From: Lingula anatina
Taxonomy: Eukaryota > Animalia > Brachiopoda
NCBI GenBank assembly: GCA_051362555.1
Contig: CM120645.1
Coordinates: forward strand, 4,774,001 to 4,838,000
DNA: 64,000 nt
Reading direction: 5' to 3'
The notes under the pieces are model-generated. The model saw nothing but the letters and a program-made list of their open reading frames with translations, was not told where the DNA came from and ran no database searches. This document shows positions 38,801-54,400 of this stretch, piece after piece; within the stretch, counting starts at the first letter, position 1, and each line of letters begins with the position of its first letter. A program made the translations under genes and the position numbers.

Positions 38801-41800
38801 TACTTGCTTTGTTGGAATGACCCTTTTCCGGAAAAAAGCATCTACGGTTGCCACAAAGGTCATCCACCCAGATGTTTTATCATATGTCCAGCCAGGTATT
38901 AAATGGGAAGTTAATAGTGTAACAAATAGGGTCTTTTCTGAAGTTGAATTAATTTTCCATTTGGGTGGAAAACATGGAATATAAATGGCCAGGTTAGAAG
39001 TTATCACATAGGAAAGGTTAGTGTGAGTGAGAGTTTATTATCCAATATGTCACAGGCCAATAAATGTTGAAAACAAGAGGTTGTTTTTGCACCCTGATCA
39101 CGTAGGACATGAGAGTGGTGACTACAGCTGTCTGACCAATAATTACACGTATCTGTCTCAAGACACAGATGTAATTAGGCAACAGATTGTTTTCTAGGAG
39201 CTGCTTGGCATTTCAAGGAATTCTGAGTTACTTTTAGTGACTTGGTTGGTGATTTTTCTCAGAATAAATTTGAGGAAAAATGTTTTTTTTTTAGCAGGTA
39301 GAATATGAAGTAAAGTTATAGATTGTTGATAAAAAAGTCAATGGAGGATTTTTTTCTCATATTAAAAATCCTCTTTAGGCCTGAATCCAAACTCTAGTCA
39401 TTTTCCCCTTTTGACCCTTGTAAGTAATTAACTTTTTTTTTCTTTATGTCTAGCTTTAGAATCACACTGTCTTTGGGCAGTAGTTGCCTTTTTAATACTG
39501 ACCAGATAGTCTAATTTCTACTGGAACAAACAATACCCTTACTGGACCGTTTATTGGGCTTTTTTTCCTGTCAAGTGGAATACCACGTTTCAGTGGTCAA
39601 GTTCTATTAAGTATACCAATACCTTCAAGTCTGCTGTGCTGTATCTACACAATCGTGGTTAAACATTAGGGCAAGTAACGGCACTGCTTTAAAATCAAGC
39701 TGAGATCAATTTGGTTTTGAATGAAAGGTAAACGACTCCAAATGCACCACCACACAGCCTCCCCATTAAAAGCAGTCGCTGGCATGTAACGAGGGGTTGA
39801 GTTTTATATCGTTGAGTCACATAAAATGTATCAGACTTCAAGTTGTTAACTCTACTTAATGGAACTAGGTAGTTTCATTCAGTTTTATAACTGTTACATC
39901 ATGATCGAAACGGCCCATTTTAAAGTCAGCATTATAAAATTTGGACCCAAGTTTCGCCATTGATAAAAATCTGTCTTGTACCACAGATAGTGGCTCCCCC
40001 CTGTGAGCTTTGGTGTGGTTAACCACTTTGGCTGTGGTGTGGTGCAGTGTGTGGCAAGGCTGGGACATAGGTGGTAGGATTCGGGAGATTTATATAGGAA
40101 ACAACCGAGGAGAAGGAGGTGGAAGAGAAGTTTAGTGAGCTCTGATAGTTAAATACAGGAGGAACAGACTGTAAGCAGAGTTCTAGGAAATCTACACAGA
40201 GGCTTTGACTAATGAACTCTGGCGTGAATTAACTGACAAGGAAAGGATAGAGAACCAGGGACTTAACTCTGTCTGGATATATTGAAATAAAGGGAGAAGA
40301 TCCTGAGGAAAAAAAATCATAGGGTTTTGAAAAGAGAGTTAACTTGACTTTTGGGATCATCTCAGGGAGTAGGGATCTTTAAATGTGAATGATTACTCAG
40401 GAGGAAATAATAAAGAATTTCACTACGGGAGCGGGAATGAGAATAACCGTAAGATCCTGCGGATTTTGACTACAGGATCAACCCCATGTGACATATACCC
40501 TTTTTTTATACAGACTCAGATCAGGACTATTTATCTACGCCAGTGACTCTTAAAAATCATTCTTAATCATTTTCAATATTCTCCAACCTCACAGAACTTG
40601 TATATAGTATTATGTCCAAACACCCGTTGTAGAAGGTCCATGTAGACAGGGGTGGCCTTGAAGAGGTGACAATATCGACCAAGTTCTGATAAGGTGATGC
40701 TCCTCATTGGGTGACACACTTAATACAAGGACAGTATTAGTGTCTGTTGGAGTTAGAGATAAAGGAAGGAAAGGAGACAAATATAATCACAGCAAAACAA
40801 GTGGGGATGCAGACTTAATGAACTGTATTTATTCATGTCAATGCTTACATTTTTAGCGTTAATTCTGTTTGGTGAGTCCAGCATACCTCGGCTACTTCTA
40901 TATATTGAGGATGCCATCAAAAAAGTTGTCAGGGAAAAACCAAATTATTTACATAAGGAATTGATGGTTGCAGATTACTAACCGCCATCGACTTGTGTGA
41001 CTGGAATGCAGCTAAGGATTATCTCTGTGCAGTTTGTATGTGCTGTTAACCTAAAATTGCTGGTCACAGGTTAAGTAATATTTTGGGGATTTTAAGTGCA
41101 AACTGGCAGGGAGAAAGAGTCTTGCCTGACTGCCAGTTAGAAACTCAGAGGAACTTTCTAAATACAATTTTTTATAAACAGAGGAAGGATGACAGTGCCG
41201 AAAGGATCTTCAAGACTGATTTAATTTACTTGTTAATGTTCCTTACATAGGTTTACAGTGTTAAGGAGGAACTTCAGCATTAATAAATCTCTACACCTTA
41301 TTTCCTGTACGAATACCTGGAGATCTCGTAAACTTTGATGATGGAAGAGAGTAGGAGTAATTAGATATAATGGGAAATGTACAGAAATAGCAGCAAATTC
41401 ACCAGTTGCAATCAGTGTTAATTTGAAACCATAAAATTGGAGAGGGGCAATCTGGGAAGGTTGGGATTCATTAATGCACTATTTCTGTGGTTGGGAAAAT
41501 TAACAGCTAGTATTTTATATATCTGAACCCCTGCCATAGATCATGCAAAAATTCCATTCAAAAAAGAGTATAATATTTGAATGTGACGGCAGTTTGAGGT
41601 TCGAGCTGACAATCCTTGGTAGTGGCTGTTATATTGGCTCTATTTAGGCCCCTGGAATGGATAAGAAGAATGTTTTTAGGTGGGAAATGCCATGGTAACA
41701 AGAGGCAGGGTTACAGCTACATTGGCGGCAGGCGTTCGGAGTCTCCGGTTGATCGACCTCAACTAACAATTGTCCCTTTTGCGGCAAGATGTTAACACGA

Positions 41801-44709
41801 AAATTGTGTCATTAAACAACTTATCACACAATATTGCCGTCACCCGGAGGCGTTGAACAGATTGTTGTGGAAATGAGACAGCGGCATACCTGAAAACCAG
41901 GAGAAGGGGATCAGTAGTGCTTAGGAGTTCAATTATCGGAAAAAGAGTGCTTGTATGTGGATTATAGGAGATCGCTTTCAGGACGCTCAATTGGATTACT
42001 GTTTTCACATATATTGCAGCATCATCCAGTTTGTCTGCTATAATTTAATGTCGGTCCATGTGCTACGTTAATAAGAGGCAAAACTGTACATTAACTTAGC
42101 ATGCTTCGATGGCTTTAAAGATATACCTTGTCTCAGGTTGCAGTCAGACAGTGCGATTGTCGTCGTGTGACTTCAAATTATTTATCCAACGTCATGCAAT
42201 AGGGATGTTATTTATATGAAAAATACATGCATGATTTGGCACATAGACAAGTTGCACATAGGCGCAGTGGAGTTCTGTAGAAAAGGTATTGTAGTTGTCA
42301 ACTATGGGAAATTAGTGCCTTAATGTGACATCCGGAGAGTGTTTTGATGGATTGATGTCTCACAGCTGTACTTTTGATAGAAATTCATTGAGAAAAGCAT
42401 TTCGTTTTACACAGAAAATATCTGCTCTCTCTATTTCCGTGAAATTAAGATGAATTCACAATGAAGACACTTGGTGAAGTGATGAACTGCAATCTTCTCT
42501 TGTAAAACCTGAAGCCACTAGAACATTTTTATTTCAATAAAAAAGAAGATATCCACAAAGAAATGAAGGACATGAAGCTCATAAGTTGCACCTACTAGTA
42601 ATGGTATAGTAAGTAGTAGAACAAGAATTTATGTATCAAAAATTCCACACTATACCAGAGTTTTTCTTTATTAAGTTAAGTCTTTAACACGTTAGAGTGA
42701 TTCATACCACCAGTTTGTGATTAAGATACAGTACTGGTTCTGGTGGGATAGTGTGTTTACCTGAACTTGCACCAAGGCTATCCATTGCCAGCATGTGAGT
42801 GATGAGCTGTGAGAAGTGGATGTCTTCTACCTGTCTGTTACAGACTCTTCAACGCCTAACGAGCAACCACGATCCCACAATCCGAAATCAGCGAAGCTGT
42901 CTGAAATAAGGTGCCACGCTAGGCTTGCCAGGATTTAAAATTGTAATTTCTTTTTGTCATCTTTTCATGAAAATAAGACAGCGCGACTGGAGACATAAAG
43001 GAAAATTTGAGGATGTTAAGCGTGAAAAAGGTGTGTGAATTCAAATAAGGCATTAGCTTCAGTTAACAGATGTGATGAGAATATCTTCATGTTGCCAAAT
43101 GGGAATTAGAAAGGAACATATAAGCTGACAATTTTTTTCAAGATTTAAACAAACGAGCTACAAGAAGAGAGTCATTTTCTGAATCGGGAGCAGAAAGCTT
43201 TGTACAAGCTTCACCAAAGAGTTTATTTTGTGTCATAAAAAAGACTTTGAACAGGAATAGAAAAGCTGATAGTCTTGTCCAAGCTTCAAAGGATTGATCT
43301 ACTAGCAGAGGGGCCATTTTCTAAAGAGGAAGCAATAGCTACGTGTAAGTAAGCCCCCACAGAGGAGCTGCACTAAATGTTTTCTCCCACAGTTGGTATT
43401 GTTGAAGAAAATATTGATGTATGGTGCTTCTTGATGCACATTAACTGGTTTCTCACCACCTAGAAGAAAGAAAAAAATACATTGAGGGGGTCAGTCAGCA
43501 TATGTGACCAGTTCAGTCACTCGCACCAGATGTTATTTACACCTGTTGGACTTTTCTGAGGTCATTTTTTGACCAAATCTTTAAGTTGTGTGTTAAGAAC
43601 ACTTGGATTTCATAGACGGACCACAACAGGTACTCCTCTAAACAGTTTGTTATAGTGACCAAAACCAGCTACAATTCAAGAGTGGACACCTGGACGTCTG
43701 CTGACCAATACTTAATGAGGATGTTCTCACCTTTAAAATGTTTTGATGGACGTCAGGTATAGCTAGCAGTGAGTTTAATGGGCTGTGTTTTTACCGTGCT
43801 AATGTTTTAATGGACGAGTGTTTTCACCTATTGACAGACAACTGTGTTAACACACCTCGGTCAATTATAGGCCAGCAGGTGCTCAGAACAGGATATATCA
43901 GTTTATGCTCTTCCTCTATATAAATATATATACATTGAATGTTTTAGGGGGGTATGGGTACACAATAATGCAGATAATGTGAGATTTGCTATGCCAAAAA
44001 TGCAGCTTTGATACAAGTAGACTCGAAGTGCACCTCAAAAACGGCTGCGACCGCTGGTTACTAACCCTTACCCGCTCCAAAGTCAAGGAGCTAATTAGGT
44101 GGGAATTATCACCGGGTTTCCAGTGAAAATAGCTGGAAGGTGAAAAGAACAGCAGTTTGGAGTTTGAGATGCAGGTTGGATGTGGTATATCATTTCTTTT
44201 ACACACTCATGCAAGAAGGACTTTGTAGAAGTAAACACAGCTGGTGTAAAAAGTGTGGATCCGGAATTAAAACTTATCAGAAATTTTTGGAGGCTCTGTT
44301 TGAAGGTGATAATAATATATGAGTACACAAACCAGGAAGATGTTGTTTTCTGAATGCTAGAGGATGGGCTAAAATAGTGAAACAAACATGTGCGAATGTT
44401 GATTTCAGCATGGGGACTATAAAGATATAGCCCTTATTGGCAAAGTGCTCAAAAACTATCAGGAATCACTTTAATTATGCTTTTCCTATAAACAAGTGGA
44501 TTTCTGTTTCACCTTCCTGTGTACAGGGAATTTAAAAAACAAAGTGCAAGAGCAGGACTGGGACAATTGCCAGGCATTTGTTTTATTTTTTTAAAGACAA
44601 GTACAATGTGAGCAGCTCATTAGGATGCATTTTCATAACCCTCCTGACAGAAAAGGTTCTTTTCAATAAGAGATATTGGATATAATTGTGAATCATAGTG
44701 ATCGCAGTC

Positions 44710-44835
44710 ATGTCATACTCGTGTCGATATCGGACGGGATCAGACGCTGGAGGGATGGAAGGGAAGCCGCGACTAGTGAGAAGTGCGTCCATGACGTCCG
44801 TACGCAACCTCATGAAAGCTATCGAATTGAAAGTG
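44710..44835 (+). CDS. Candidate alternative first coding exon (MSYSCRYRTGSDAGGMEGKPRLVRSASMTSVRNLMKAIELKV), phase-0 donor
   Basis: 42 open codons from ATG to GTG|GTATGT; CpG-rich with an abrupt switch to T-rich intron; upstream acceptor at 44526 and a UTR-exon donor GTAAGT at 43345. Confidence 0.55.
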
Positions 44836-47800
44836 GTATGTCACATTTTATGATTTTATTTTATGTTGATCTTGTATTACTTTTGTTGATATTTGATTTA
44901 TTTATTCATTTATTAAGAAGTTTGTTAATACTGGTATGTAGATATTTTTCATATTAAATATGATGAGGGATGTGGAGCTTAACTTGCAGTCAATATATGT
45001 AGCCTAGAAATGCAGATATTGCAGAAACAAGTTCATTTTTCTCTCTTCATATCAAGTACCATATTGTACTGAATATGGTGCTGTAGTTAATTCATACAAC
45101 TCATGAGGTGAATAAGTTCTTTTTCTCCACAACACACCTGTTTATTCTCCCCAACACAGGTGATTTGTTAAGGTATTTATTAGGATAAAAATCACATCAA
45201 AACAAAGTGTATGTCACTGAGTATGATATATAGTACGTTGTTTGTTATTATTATATTGTGGCACACCATAAGCTGATAGCAAGGTGTGTATAATAATAAT
45301 AATAATAATATCATCACCTGGTTTTTACCTGTATATTATACCTGATACCTTGAACCCCATGTGCTGGTGTAATTATATGAAAACAGAGTTTTTGTTTGTT
45401 TATTTTTTTCATTTTTGTATAATATTTACAGCAGGGTATGATATTTATAGCCATAACTGGCAACTTAAAAAACGAGACTTGTTTAATTTTTTGGCCAGTA
45501 ACTTAGTGCTTAGAATCATATTATGTGCCCTACACAACTCCAGTTTGTAGTACTTTTTAGTCCATACATGAGATATGGACAACACATTTTGCTCCTCCCC
45601 CCCCCCTCCCCTTTAAAAGCCAATATTTTTAAATAGTGATTCATGTAATTTTTATTATTTTCAAAGGGCTTTGAATCTTATACCCTGATTGACAAACAAG
45701 GCATTGCTGTGTTTCTACCTGCCTCTCCCAAAAGGTGGTGCACCATAGCACGTACCGTATGTACCACTCTAACCCCTGCAGCGCATGAATCACAACATTA
45801 CGGCGCTCTGAACCCCGAGTAAGGTTACCGCGCCCCGCTGAGTGCGCTGAATACCAGTCTAAAATAACGCGGTCATTAAATCTGCCTGTGAGTGACAACT
45901 TCTCATAGTTAGACAGGGGTTTCAATTGATCTGACAGGATAAATGCTGAAATGTTTTGAACTGTTGGAGGTGGGGCTGAGGCATATTGTGTTTGGGGCTC
46001 GTCAAAACGTTTGAGTTTAGTCTTGGAGGTTAAGCAGGCCTGAAGCGTGCAGTTTCAAGGGGGGGTTGGGGGGTGGGGAGGAGTTGAGGTTCTGGTGTAA
46101 ATGTGGACATTTTTGCCATATTGGCATGGAAAATAGTTTTATAAAAAAATATTCAAAACCAGACCAGAGGGGTGGTTCATCATTCATACACTTGAAATCC
46201 CTCATCCCTTGGGGCCTGTTAAGGTTTTATAGGAGTGGATAGAGCTTCTACGCTTTGGAGCTGTTTTGTGTTATTTCCATGGGAACCAAATTTGTGAGAC
46301 ATTTTAACAAAGGAGCTGTAATTAATGTCCATTAATGCTTTGTTTATGTCGGAAAGTGGCGCTTATGTGTTACTTTCTAATTGTTCACCTAAGCATTTTA
46401 ATGCTTAATTTGAAATGAAACAAAGGGATGAGATGAGGTATTTTTGTGGATGACCCCCTTCATCTCTCTTCTCATCTCTCTCTCTTTCTCTCATATTCAT
46501 ACATGTGTAGGTACACGATAAAGCTTAAATGTTGATATTTCTAGTAAAAGAGCTCCAAAGGCAATCAAGCCTTCTTTTGCATTGTAACAAAGACAACAGG
46601 AGGCAGAATCACTGGATATGTGCTACACGGGTATTTTCTTTATTTCCACTCATGAAAATTCTGCTGGTCATAGAGAGTCCACATGGGAAGTTTCCCATTT
46701 TATTTGTTTAAACATCCAGGACAGCACCATACTGGGTTAGTGTGTTGGATCAGCTGGTTCGGCCCACGTTGTTTAACCAGCCGCTCAGTTAACTTGTTTT
46801 TAAAAACTAAATCCCAGTTGCTATTGGTGCCAATGCTTTGATCTTGAATTTTATGAAGAATTTTGGGGAGGTACTTTCTCTTGGTGTCTGCTAATGTAGT
46901 AACCTTTGTGTTTGGAGAGAATTGTCTTGTGTAGGTTTGAGTGTTATAAATGTTAAGTTTCTCAGAAACTCTTAGTTGACAGCTTGTAGTATTAAAAAGA
47001 AAAGGTCAGTTTTTTAACCAATGTAATGAGCAATTTTGAAAACGGTGAAACTCTCTCTCTCTCTCTCTCTCCATTATCATCACAGGCAGCATTATCTTTT
47101 ACCTTTAGGGTTGTGCCACTTTCACCAACCACTAATTCCACCAAAACCACTTACTGTCATCAAAATAATGGAGTTTAATGAGGGGGCTGACACGACCACA
47201 GACATATAAATGTCGGTGTATTATTTCATTGGGATTTTTTCTTAAGGGATTGCTCAAATTGATGCAAGTGTAGGATGTCTCTGAACAATTAAGGGATATA
47301 TCACTGGTAAATTTAAGGCTTTGAGCAAGACTTATAAATGTTTGAATGGTGAAAATGCAGGGTGGGTGACAGAATTATTTTCTTTTTTTAATCACTCTTC
47401 ATTTATTTTGCACCAATTATGTAACAAGTTGCAGTGTATTGAAGTCTTATGATATTTTTCAGTGAAGAGGTGTTGTACAATTAATGCCAGCTAAATTACT
47501 CTGAAAATATTTAGTCAGGGTAATCTGAACAAAGCTAGCATTTATAAGAAAATATGTTTGTCTTATAAATAAAAGGGAAACTGATAGAAATATAAGAAGC
47601 TTACAGCAGCTCCCTATAGGAATTAACGCAATTGATTTCAAGTTATGTAAAAATAATTTTCAGGTGTAATGATTTACGCAGAGCACTCTATACAGGAAAT
47701 AGTTAAGCCAGTTTAAGGAGTGTCTGAGGAAACTGTGGTCAGTTCATTGTCGTCTGCTGTCTTTGTGGTCTGCTGTAAATGGGTCTACCTTCTGTTACCA

Positions 47801-48045
47801 GTAGAGTCTGTGAAAGAGCATATTTCACTGTCACCAGGCTGTTTGTTGCATTTTAAGGTTAATGCATTCAATTTTGATTTAAGGAGAGATCCCTTCTGTC
47901 TCTTATGTGATGTATTTGTGTGAAGGATGGTTTTGAATTGTACAAAAAAGTGCTTGTACTTCAGAACAATCATTTGCAAGCGTGCACGCACCATATTCTT
48001 CTTATTTTGTCTTGAAATTCCCTTTGTTTTGTATGGTATAATAAT

Positions 48046-48049
<4 letters not shown>

Positions 48050-48089
<40 letters not shown>
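48050..48089. repeat. (TA)n microsatellite
   Basis: Perfect dinucleotide run. Confidence 0.95.
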
Positions 48090-48092
<3 letters not shown>

Positions 48093-48206
48093 TTGGTATA
48101 ATTCACATGATAAACAGATATGTGTACATTACACTCTGTATTTAATTACATTTGGATTTCCTGAAAGAGTGCTCCCCGCCTCCCCAACACACACGCAGCT
48201 TTTCCT

Positions 48207-48208
48207 CC

Positions 48209-48239
<31 letters not shown>

Positions 48240-48249
48240 CTCTCTCTCA
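48207..48249. repeat. (CT)n microsatellite
   Basis: Slightly imperfect dinucleotide run. Confidence 0.9.
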
Positions 48250-51200
48250 TCATTTTCATTGGGAAGCAATAAAAAGCATTATCTGTCACAATGCATTGAT
48301 TCCCTAGAATCCCTCGGATTATTTTGTCTAGACCACTACCTGCTGACACCTTGTGGGAGACACACAAACTAATTTTTGATCCATGCCTGTAGACTACTGC
48401 CACCTTGTGGGAGACAGCAACACTAAACCTTCAAACATTCTTATACACTGCTGCCATCTAGTGGGGGACTACCCAGGTATGCTTAAAGCTACCAGCTCAT
48501 TAGTATTCTATGTCACCTGCAATTATTTAGATCCTGCTGTCACTGCTGTGTTAGTTTACTGTACAAGGTGGGAGGGGAAGAGAGCAATGACTGGAGTTAA
48601 TATATGTAGGGGCAAACCCATTATTGCTTTAGCGAGTGGAGAGGGACACCAACTGTTGTGGTACATATATCTCTCTCTGACCCCTGGATTCGCTCTAGTG
48701 AACAAGGGACATGTATAGTGGGTGATTTGTGGGTTTTGGGCGCAATGAATTTTTAAACGGTAGTTTGTCCTTATTTGCTACACTGTACTCTCTGTAAGAC
48801 AGGATGGATTTGACTCAGCTTTTTTTCTGTGACTGCCCAAGAGACTTGGGAGAGTTTTGAGTCTGTTCTGTTCTGTTGTCAGACTGGTTTTGTTCAAGAA
48901 CAGCAGGAGGATGAAAGGAATGATTGGCGATTTTTGAAAATTTCAGTATAAAACAAGCATTCTTGCCTTCCTTTGTTCAGGGAATAATTTGGAACATTTT
49001 CAATCCAAACAGGGAGCATTTCATAAAACCAGTTATGCTGTGTCACATCTATAGTATGTGATTTGTGGATATTTAAAATTTGGCTCCTTTACTGACATTT
49101 GCACTGGGAATGCAAAGAGTGTGAAGAAAAGGACTGTGAAATTCTCTACATGCGGATAGGACACCTGAGTGTATGTGTTCTGTATGTTGATGTCAATACA
49201 TGTTACAACTTAGCACGACATTATGGAGCATCCTCTGTGTATTGTGGAAAGTCAGAGAGGGGTGACACAGCTTCTTGTGTCACTGTGAAAAGGACACTGA
49301 AAAGAAGCTGAAACTCAGAGCTTTGACATTTGAACACAAAGGAGAGATTTAATTTGTGGTTGGAGAAATCAGAGAGAAAGGGGAACAGAGGTCAAGTTTG
49401 GATTGAAAAGAATTGATAGAATTAGATGTGGTTCGGTGTTCAGTAGGTGTTAGATATTGCAGAAGGGAAGAAAAAAATGTGTATATGCTATACCATTGTG
49501 TGTTGCACATGTGGAAGAGACACCAAGTTGTCGTAATTCTGTGCTCATTTCAGGGACTGCAAGTGTTATATTGTTACTGGTGTATTGTGAAGATCTGTGT
49601 GCATGTTTTACCACTGTGCCTGGATGGTAAATCCATAGCATAGTGTTATTATACCTACTCTTACTGGCTTTCAACTTCCACTTATCAGGCAGTTATTTCA
49701 GAAAATGTGCAGGCATGTTATTCAGTGTTGAAACCAAAGGCAATAAGAGGATTTTGACGCCAAAAAAGAGGATTGTTTTAACAGGAGGCCCACATAAAAT
49801 CACCACCAACACAAACTGGAGATATTTTCATATAACTACAGACTTTTCGTAATCGAGAGGTGGTTTTTCTGGAGAGATGTATTGAGCATAGTGAAAAAGG
49901 TCATCAGTGAGGATGTCACGGAAAAGACATGTTTGTGTATATATACATATTTATGTAACACAACTGTGGTGAGGTTAGGAAAGCAGGCAGTTTTTTATGG
50001 AACATCCGTTGTCTCCATGTAAAATGTTGTGACATTCTTTCTGGCGGCTGAGAGAGACAGCAGAGAGCTGATTTTAGCTGTGTATCTCATTTTATAGACA
50101 AATGTTGTTGAAAAAAATAGTTATTCGAGATTGAGGAGGATGAAAAACAGACAGGGATTAAAGTGACATAATAAGAGAGCTTAAAAGGAAGAATTGTTGA
50201 TTTTTCAAAGTTTGAGCTCAAAGGAAGACGTGAGTTGTTCTCAGTGTGGAAACCTTAATGAAGGAAATTTGAATATTTAGAAAAGTACTCAAATTTTATT
50301 CATTTTTATGCTAGTATGTATAACTTTTTATTGTACATTAAGTGACTTCTATATTGGTTGCATCTCATATTATAATCTGAAAATAAGAATAATGTAAAAT
50401 TGTATTTTGTATTTAAAAAAAGTTCAATTACAAAGACTTGTCATCATAAAACCAGGACTGCCTCTGAAAAATAGATCACGTTTCTATTTAGCCAAACAGA
50501 ATAACACATACTAGTAAGCAGTCTCTGCTCAACTATAAATAATACAGGAAACATGAGAGTCCTTATATAAGATCTGTTACAATAGAAACTGGTAGGCATT
50601 GGGAGATTTCTTGTGTTGTCATTGGCTATGTCATCTCTTGGCTAAAGCAGAGCCCCTTAAAGATCCATATCTGCGGAAAGAGATACAGTTTCTCAAGCAA
50701 AATGTCTCCCAAGTCGTCTATAAGAGGTACTTTTAACAGTGAGGGGTTACATCACTGACCTCAAACTATCTTCAGGCGAGATTTGGCCAGATATTTAATG
50801 ACCACAATGGTCGCCCAAAGGAGTCCCTGAGCAAGATGTTGTGCGATGTGCATTTGAAGGTTAAATACATCGCCACAGGATTACAGATGGAAGGATGATG
50901 CACACATTCTCTGCCCTGAGGAAGTGGCATTGTCAAAACATATGGACTGACTTACAAGATTTATATAGCTCCTTCTGGCCTAGATAGTGTCTCTGGAAAA
51001 AAATAAAATTGGTCGTCAACCTGGATTGGTCTATTGAGACGTTTACACACTATATAGCAAAAATGGTGCTTTCTGTGCAGAGAGACAGAAGGAGTATGTA
51101 AAAGTGCTGAAGAACTCGAGGAATGTTATAGTGTGACTGATAAAGGCACAGAAAAAAGGAGAATTATTTTGAACTAGACATTTGCATTAGTGTCAAACGG

Positions 51201-51421
51201 CAAGCCTGGTTTCCTGCATCTGGTCAAAACACACCTGTACCGTTTGGTTCGTCATAGGTGTGCACCAAATGAGACTTGTGTAAATGCTCTTTTTCACTGA
51301 TCAACCTTACTATTGAGCTTTTTATGAGCTGGATTTTTTTTCTTTGGCTGTGTCCCACTGTGATATCATAGCATGCAGTTGACCAGGAATGTGACACACT
51401 GGGATTAGTTATTTGTTCACA

Positions 51422-51496
51422 ATGCCGAAGGTACCACTTCGTCCTCGCCAACTTTTCCGCAAGTCTCAAATCGAGATGGTGCCGGAAATTCCTTGG
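51422..51496 (+). CDS. Candidate alternative first coding exon (MPKVPLRPRQLFRKSQIEMVPEIPW), phase-0 donor
   Basis: ACAATG context, 25 open codons, TGG|GTATGT donor, local CpG enrichment followed by T-rich sequence. Confidence 0.45.
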
Positions 51497-54400
51497 GTAT
51501 GTAGTGTTATTATGATATCATTGTTATCTGTCTGGCAATCTGTCCATCTGTCTGTTTTTTTTTTTTTTTCATCTGTTTCTCTGGGCTATTTGTATGTTTT
51601 TGTTTTTGTTTTTTTGGTTCATTGAACAGCCGCTCTTCCGGTAAATATGACTTTAATGTTACCGTCATACATGTTGAATTATGTATTTCAGATACATACA
51701 TACAGTTTTAGTTGTCATGAGGTTAAATTAATTTTCCCAATTTTCAAAGGGAATAGTTTTATCCCTTAATACTGGTTTACACCCAAACTGGTTTGTATCA
51801 GTCTTAGGTCGAAATACACCTTTAGAGAAAAATTGTTTACATTTTTATGTGCAACTATTTTATTGTCTGCCAAACCTCAACTGACTTCACCTTTGCCATG
51901 CACCAGTGCTTTACTAAAAAAAGTTCTATTTACTAGTTTAAATATATTTCCTTCTTTCATTGTCATTCATCCCTGAAAGTATGTATTCTTTTCACTACCA
52001 GCGGTTTCACATAATATGTGCATTTGACATTATATTATAATATTTACAGAATGCAGTGTGTTAATGCATTTGCTTTCTGATACTTTCTACAAAGTTCACA
52101 TTATTAACAGATTTACTATATAGCAGATTTATAACTGGTTTCTGCTAATCTCTCTCTGACTGTGACCCTTTTGTATGTACAGCCAAGAAAAAATGTTTTT
52201 GAACCACATGCAGGCCTAGACTGGCGAGGGTTGTAACAGTCCTGAAGACGGACAGTTTCCTATTCCCAGTCTCTGTACTACTAATCTACGAATGAGTGAC
52301 CAAAGATAACATCACGGTGGACATGTACAATACAGAAATAATTGATGTGGTTTATGCACTTTGCATAGATGAAATGACAGCGATGAACCTCTGCACATGT
52401 TGCATATTTGTGCCTGAAGGTTCGCACGATCATGCATGCTCACACGTTTGCACTTAAAATTTAATAGATTTGGAGTATTTATGACTTCAGCAAATGTATT
52501 TTGGGGACATGTACGTATGTGTACATAGATCTGTTTTTTTAGCACATGTTGTGGCATTTTCCTTGCTTCTCTACATCTAAAACTTCTGCTCAGATTTCTA
52601 GTTATTTGACCTTCTCTCTTTTACTTGATACTTTCTCACTTTCTCACTTGATACTATGTTTATTATCAAGATGCTACTTGAAATATCAGAATTGGATAAT
52701 CCCAAATACTTCCTTAAAGGTATTACTGCACCACTTCAAGGATTACGCTCACAAGATGGTGGACAAACAAAATGAAAGAGAATTTCTGAATAGAAAGCAC
52801 AGCAGAGGCTGAAAACTTGCGTCGTGTTTGAAAATCGATACAGTTGAAATAAAGAGAAGAATTCAGTGACATAACATTATACATTAAACTGGTATGTAAT
52901 GCAGAAATAATCATTCGACTTATAACATAGGCTAATGTTTGCAAAATTGTAAACATACAAGCATGCTACCCTCTACGATTCATTTTTCACAAGATATTCA
53001 CAGAAATGCCTCTGGCTAATTCGTGACACAGTTCTCTGATGCTGTGCACACAATCAATTTGCTGCCCTTCTGGGGTACTTGCACGAAAGCATGCACATGC
53101 ATTCGCAAATTTTCCACTACAGTAAACTAGTCAAGGGGTGTTATCGTAGCTACATTTTTTCATTCATTTATAGTCTGTATATGCATGCAGTTATTTGAGA
53201 GTGCAGGAGAACTCTTCGTGATAGGTTTACAAGGCCTACCCCTTAGGCTGTTTGCACTTGATGACTACAGAGACATTTTTTTCTCCCCACATTTGCTGAT
53301 TGACCTCTGAGGTCAGAGTTGACTAACCGACCTTTTCTGTGAGATGCCCCTGCAGGGTGGGTCTATTTTATAGTTTAGGGGGTGAAAAGATAGAATGTTT
53401 GTGATAAGTAATTTGCATGCTATTTTACAGTTATTATTTCTGGGTTGTTGGCAGTTGCTTTTAATCTATTCCAAGCGTCAAAAATGAAAAAAGTTATGAT
53501 ATATATCTTCCTGTTGTCATTTTCAAGGAACTTATTAATGTGACTGTGACATTATATTTCCATTAAACTGGTTACAGAAAGTAAAAAAAAAAAAAAAAAA
53601 AAATAGGCAATTCATAACAAAAATTGGAATGATAATCATTATGAAATAGAATAGATGAACCAATGAAATAGAAAAAAAAAAAATTATAAGAAAAAGAATG
53701 AATTAATTGGAGTGAAATCAACCACTAATTGATTGGTCATTGAATTAGCTTTTTAGGGAGGGATACACCCTAGTTATACCACTCAGGAACACTTTCAATG
53801 TACTGGTTATGACTGTGTCTTTGAAGACGAGATGATTTATGGAGGAGTTGTGTGATGTTATGTGCTAGGTACTTCATATACTTATAATCTCCAAGGAATG
53901 AGATAGATTTGCTGTATATAACTGTTCTAAGGATCATATTTCCAAATCTGAGGCCCTGGAAATGTTTTCTTATTGAAGAATATTTTTATCTGTTGCTTGA
54001 GATGTGTTTTTTCATCATAAATAAATAAGTAAACCTCACTGCTTTATCCCATATTGGAAAATAAGACAGGGGAATGTTGAGGTGAACAGTCTGCTTTGTG
54101 ACAGCACTGCTCGTTTGTTTAAGTGTTTTTTTCTGTATTTTGATTCTCTGCCATTATTTTACTGCCCTCATTTGTTAAATGGAATATGATCATAGTCGCC
54201 TAAAAATAAAACCTTTTTATATCATTTGTATATATAACCCTAGAGACAGGTAACCTACCTTGCTTATTATAACTGTTAGTTGTGTACCTAGCAGAAAGCA
54301 GAAATGGATACCGTTTGGAACGTGGCATTGGGTGCATAGTGATGAAATGTTGTATAATATTGGTTTTTGTAGCATTGTATGTGAATGAGAGGAGTGTAAA

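Noticed and set aside
40389-40448. Further candidate first exon MITQEEIIKNFTTGAGMRIT|GTAAGA downstream of a TATA-like element at ~40091
   Set aside because: Phase 0 fits, but the exonic donor context is weak and a nearby acceptor (40513) leads to a stop; left uncalled.
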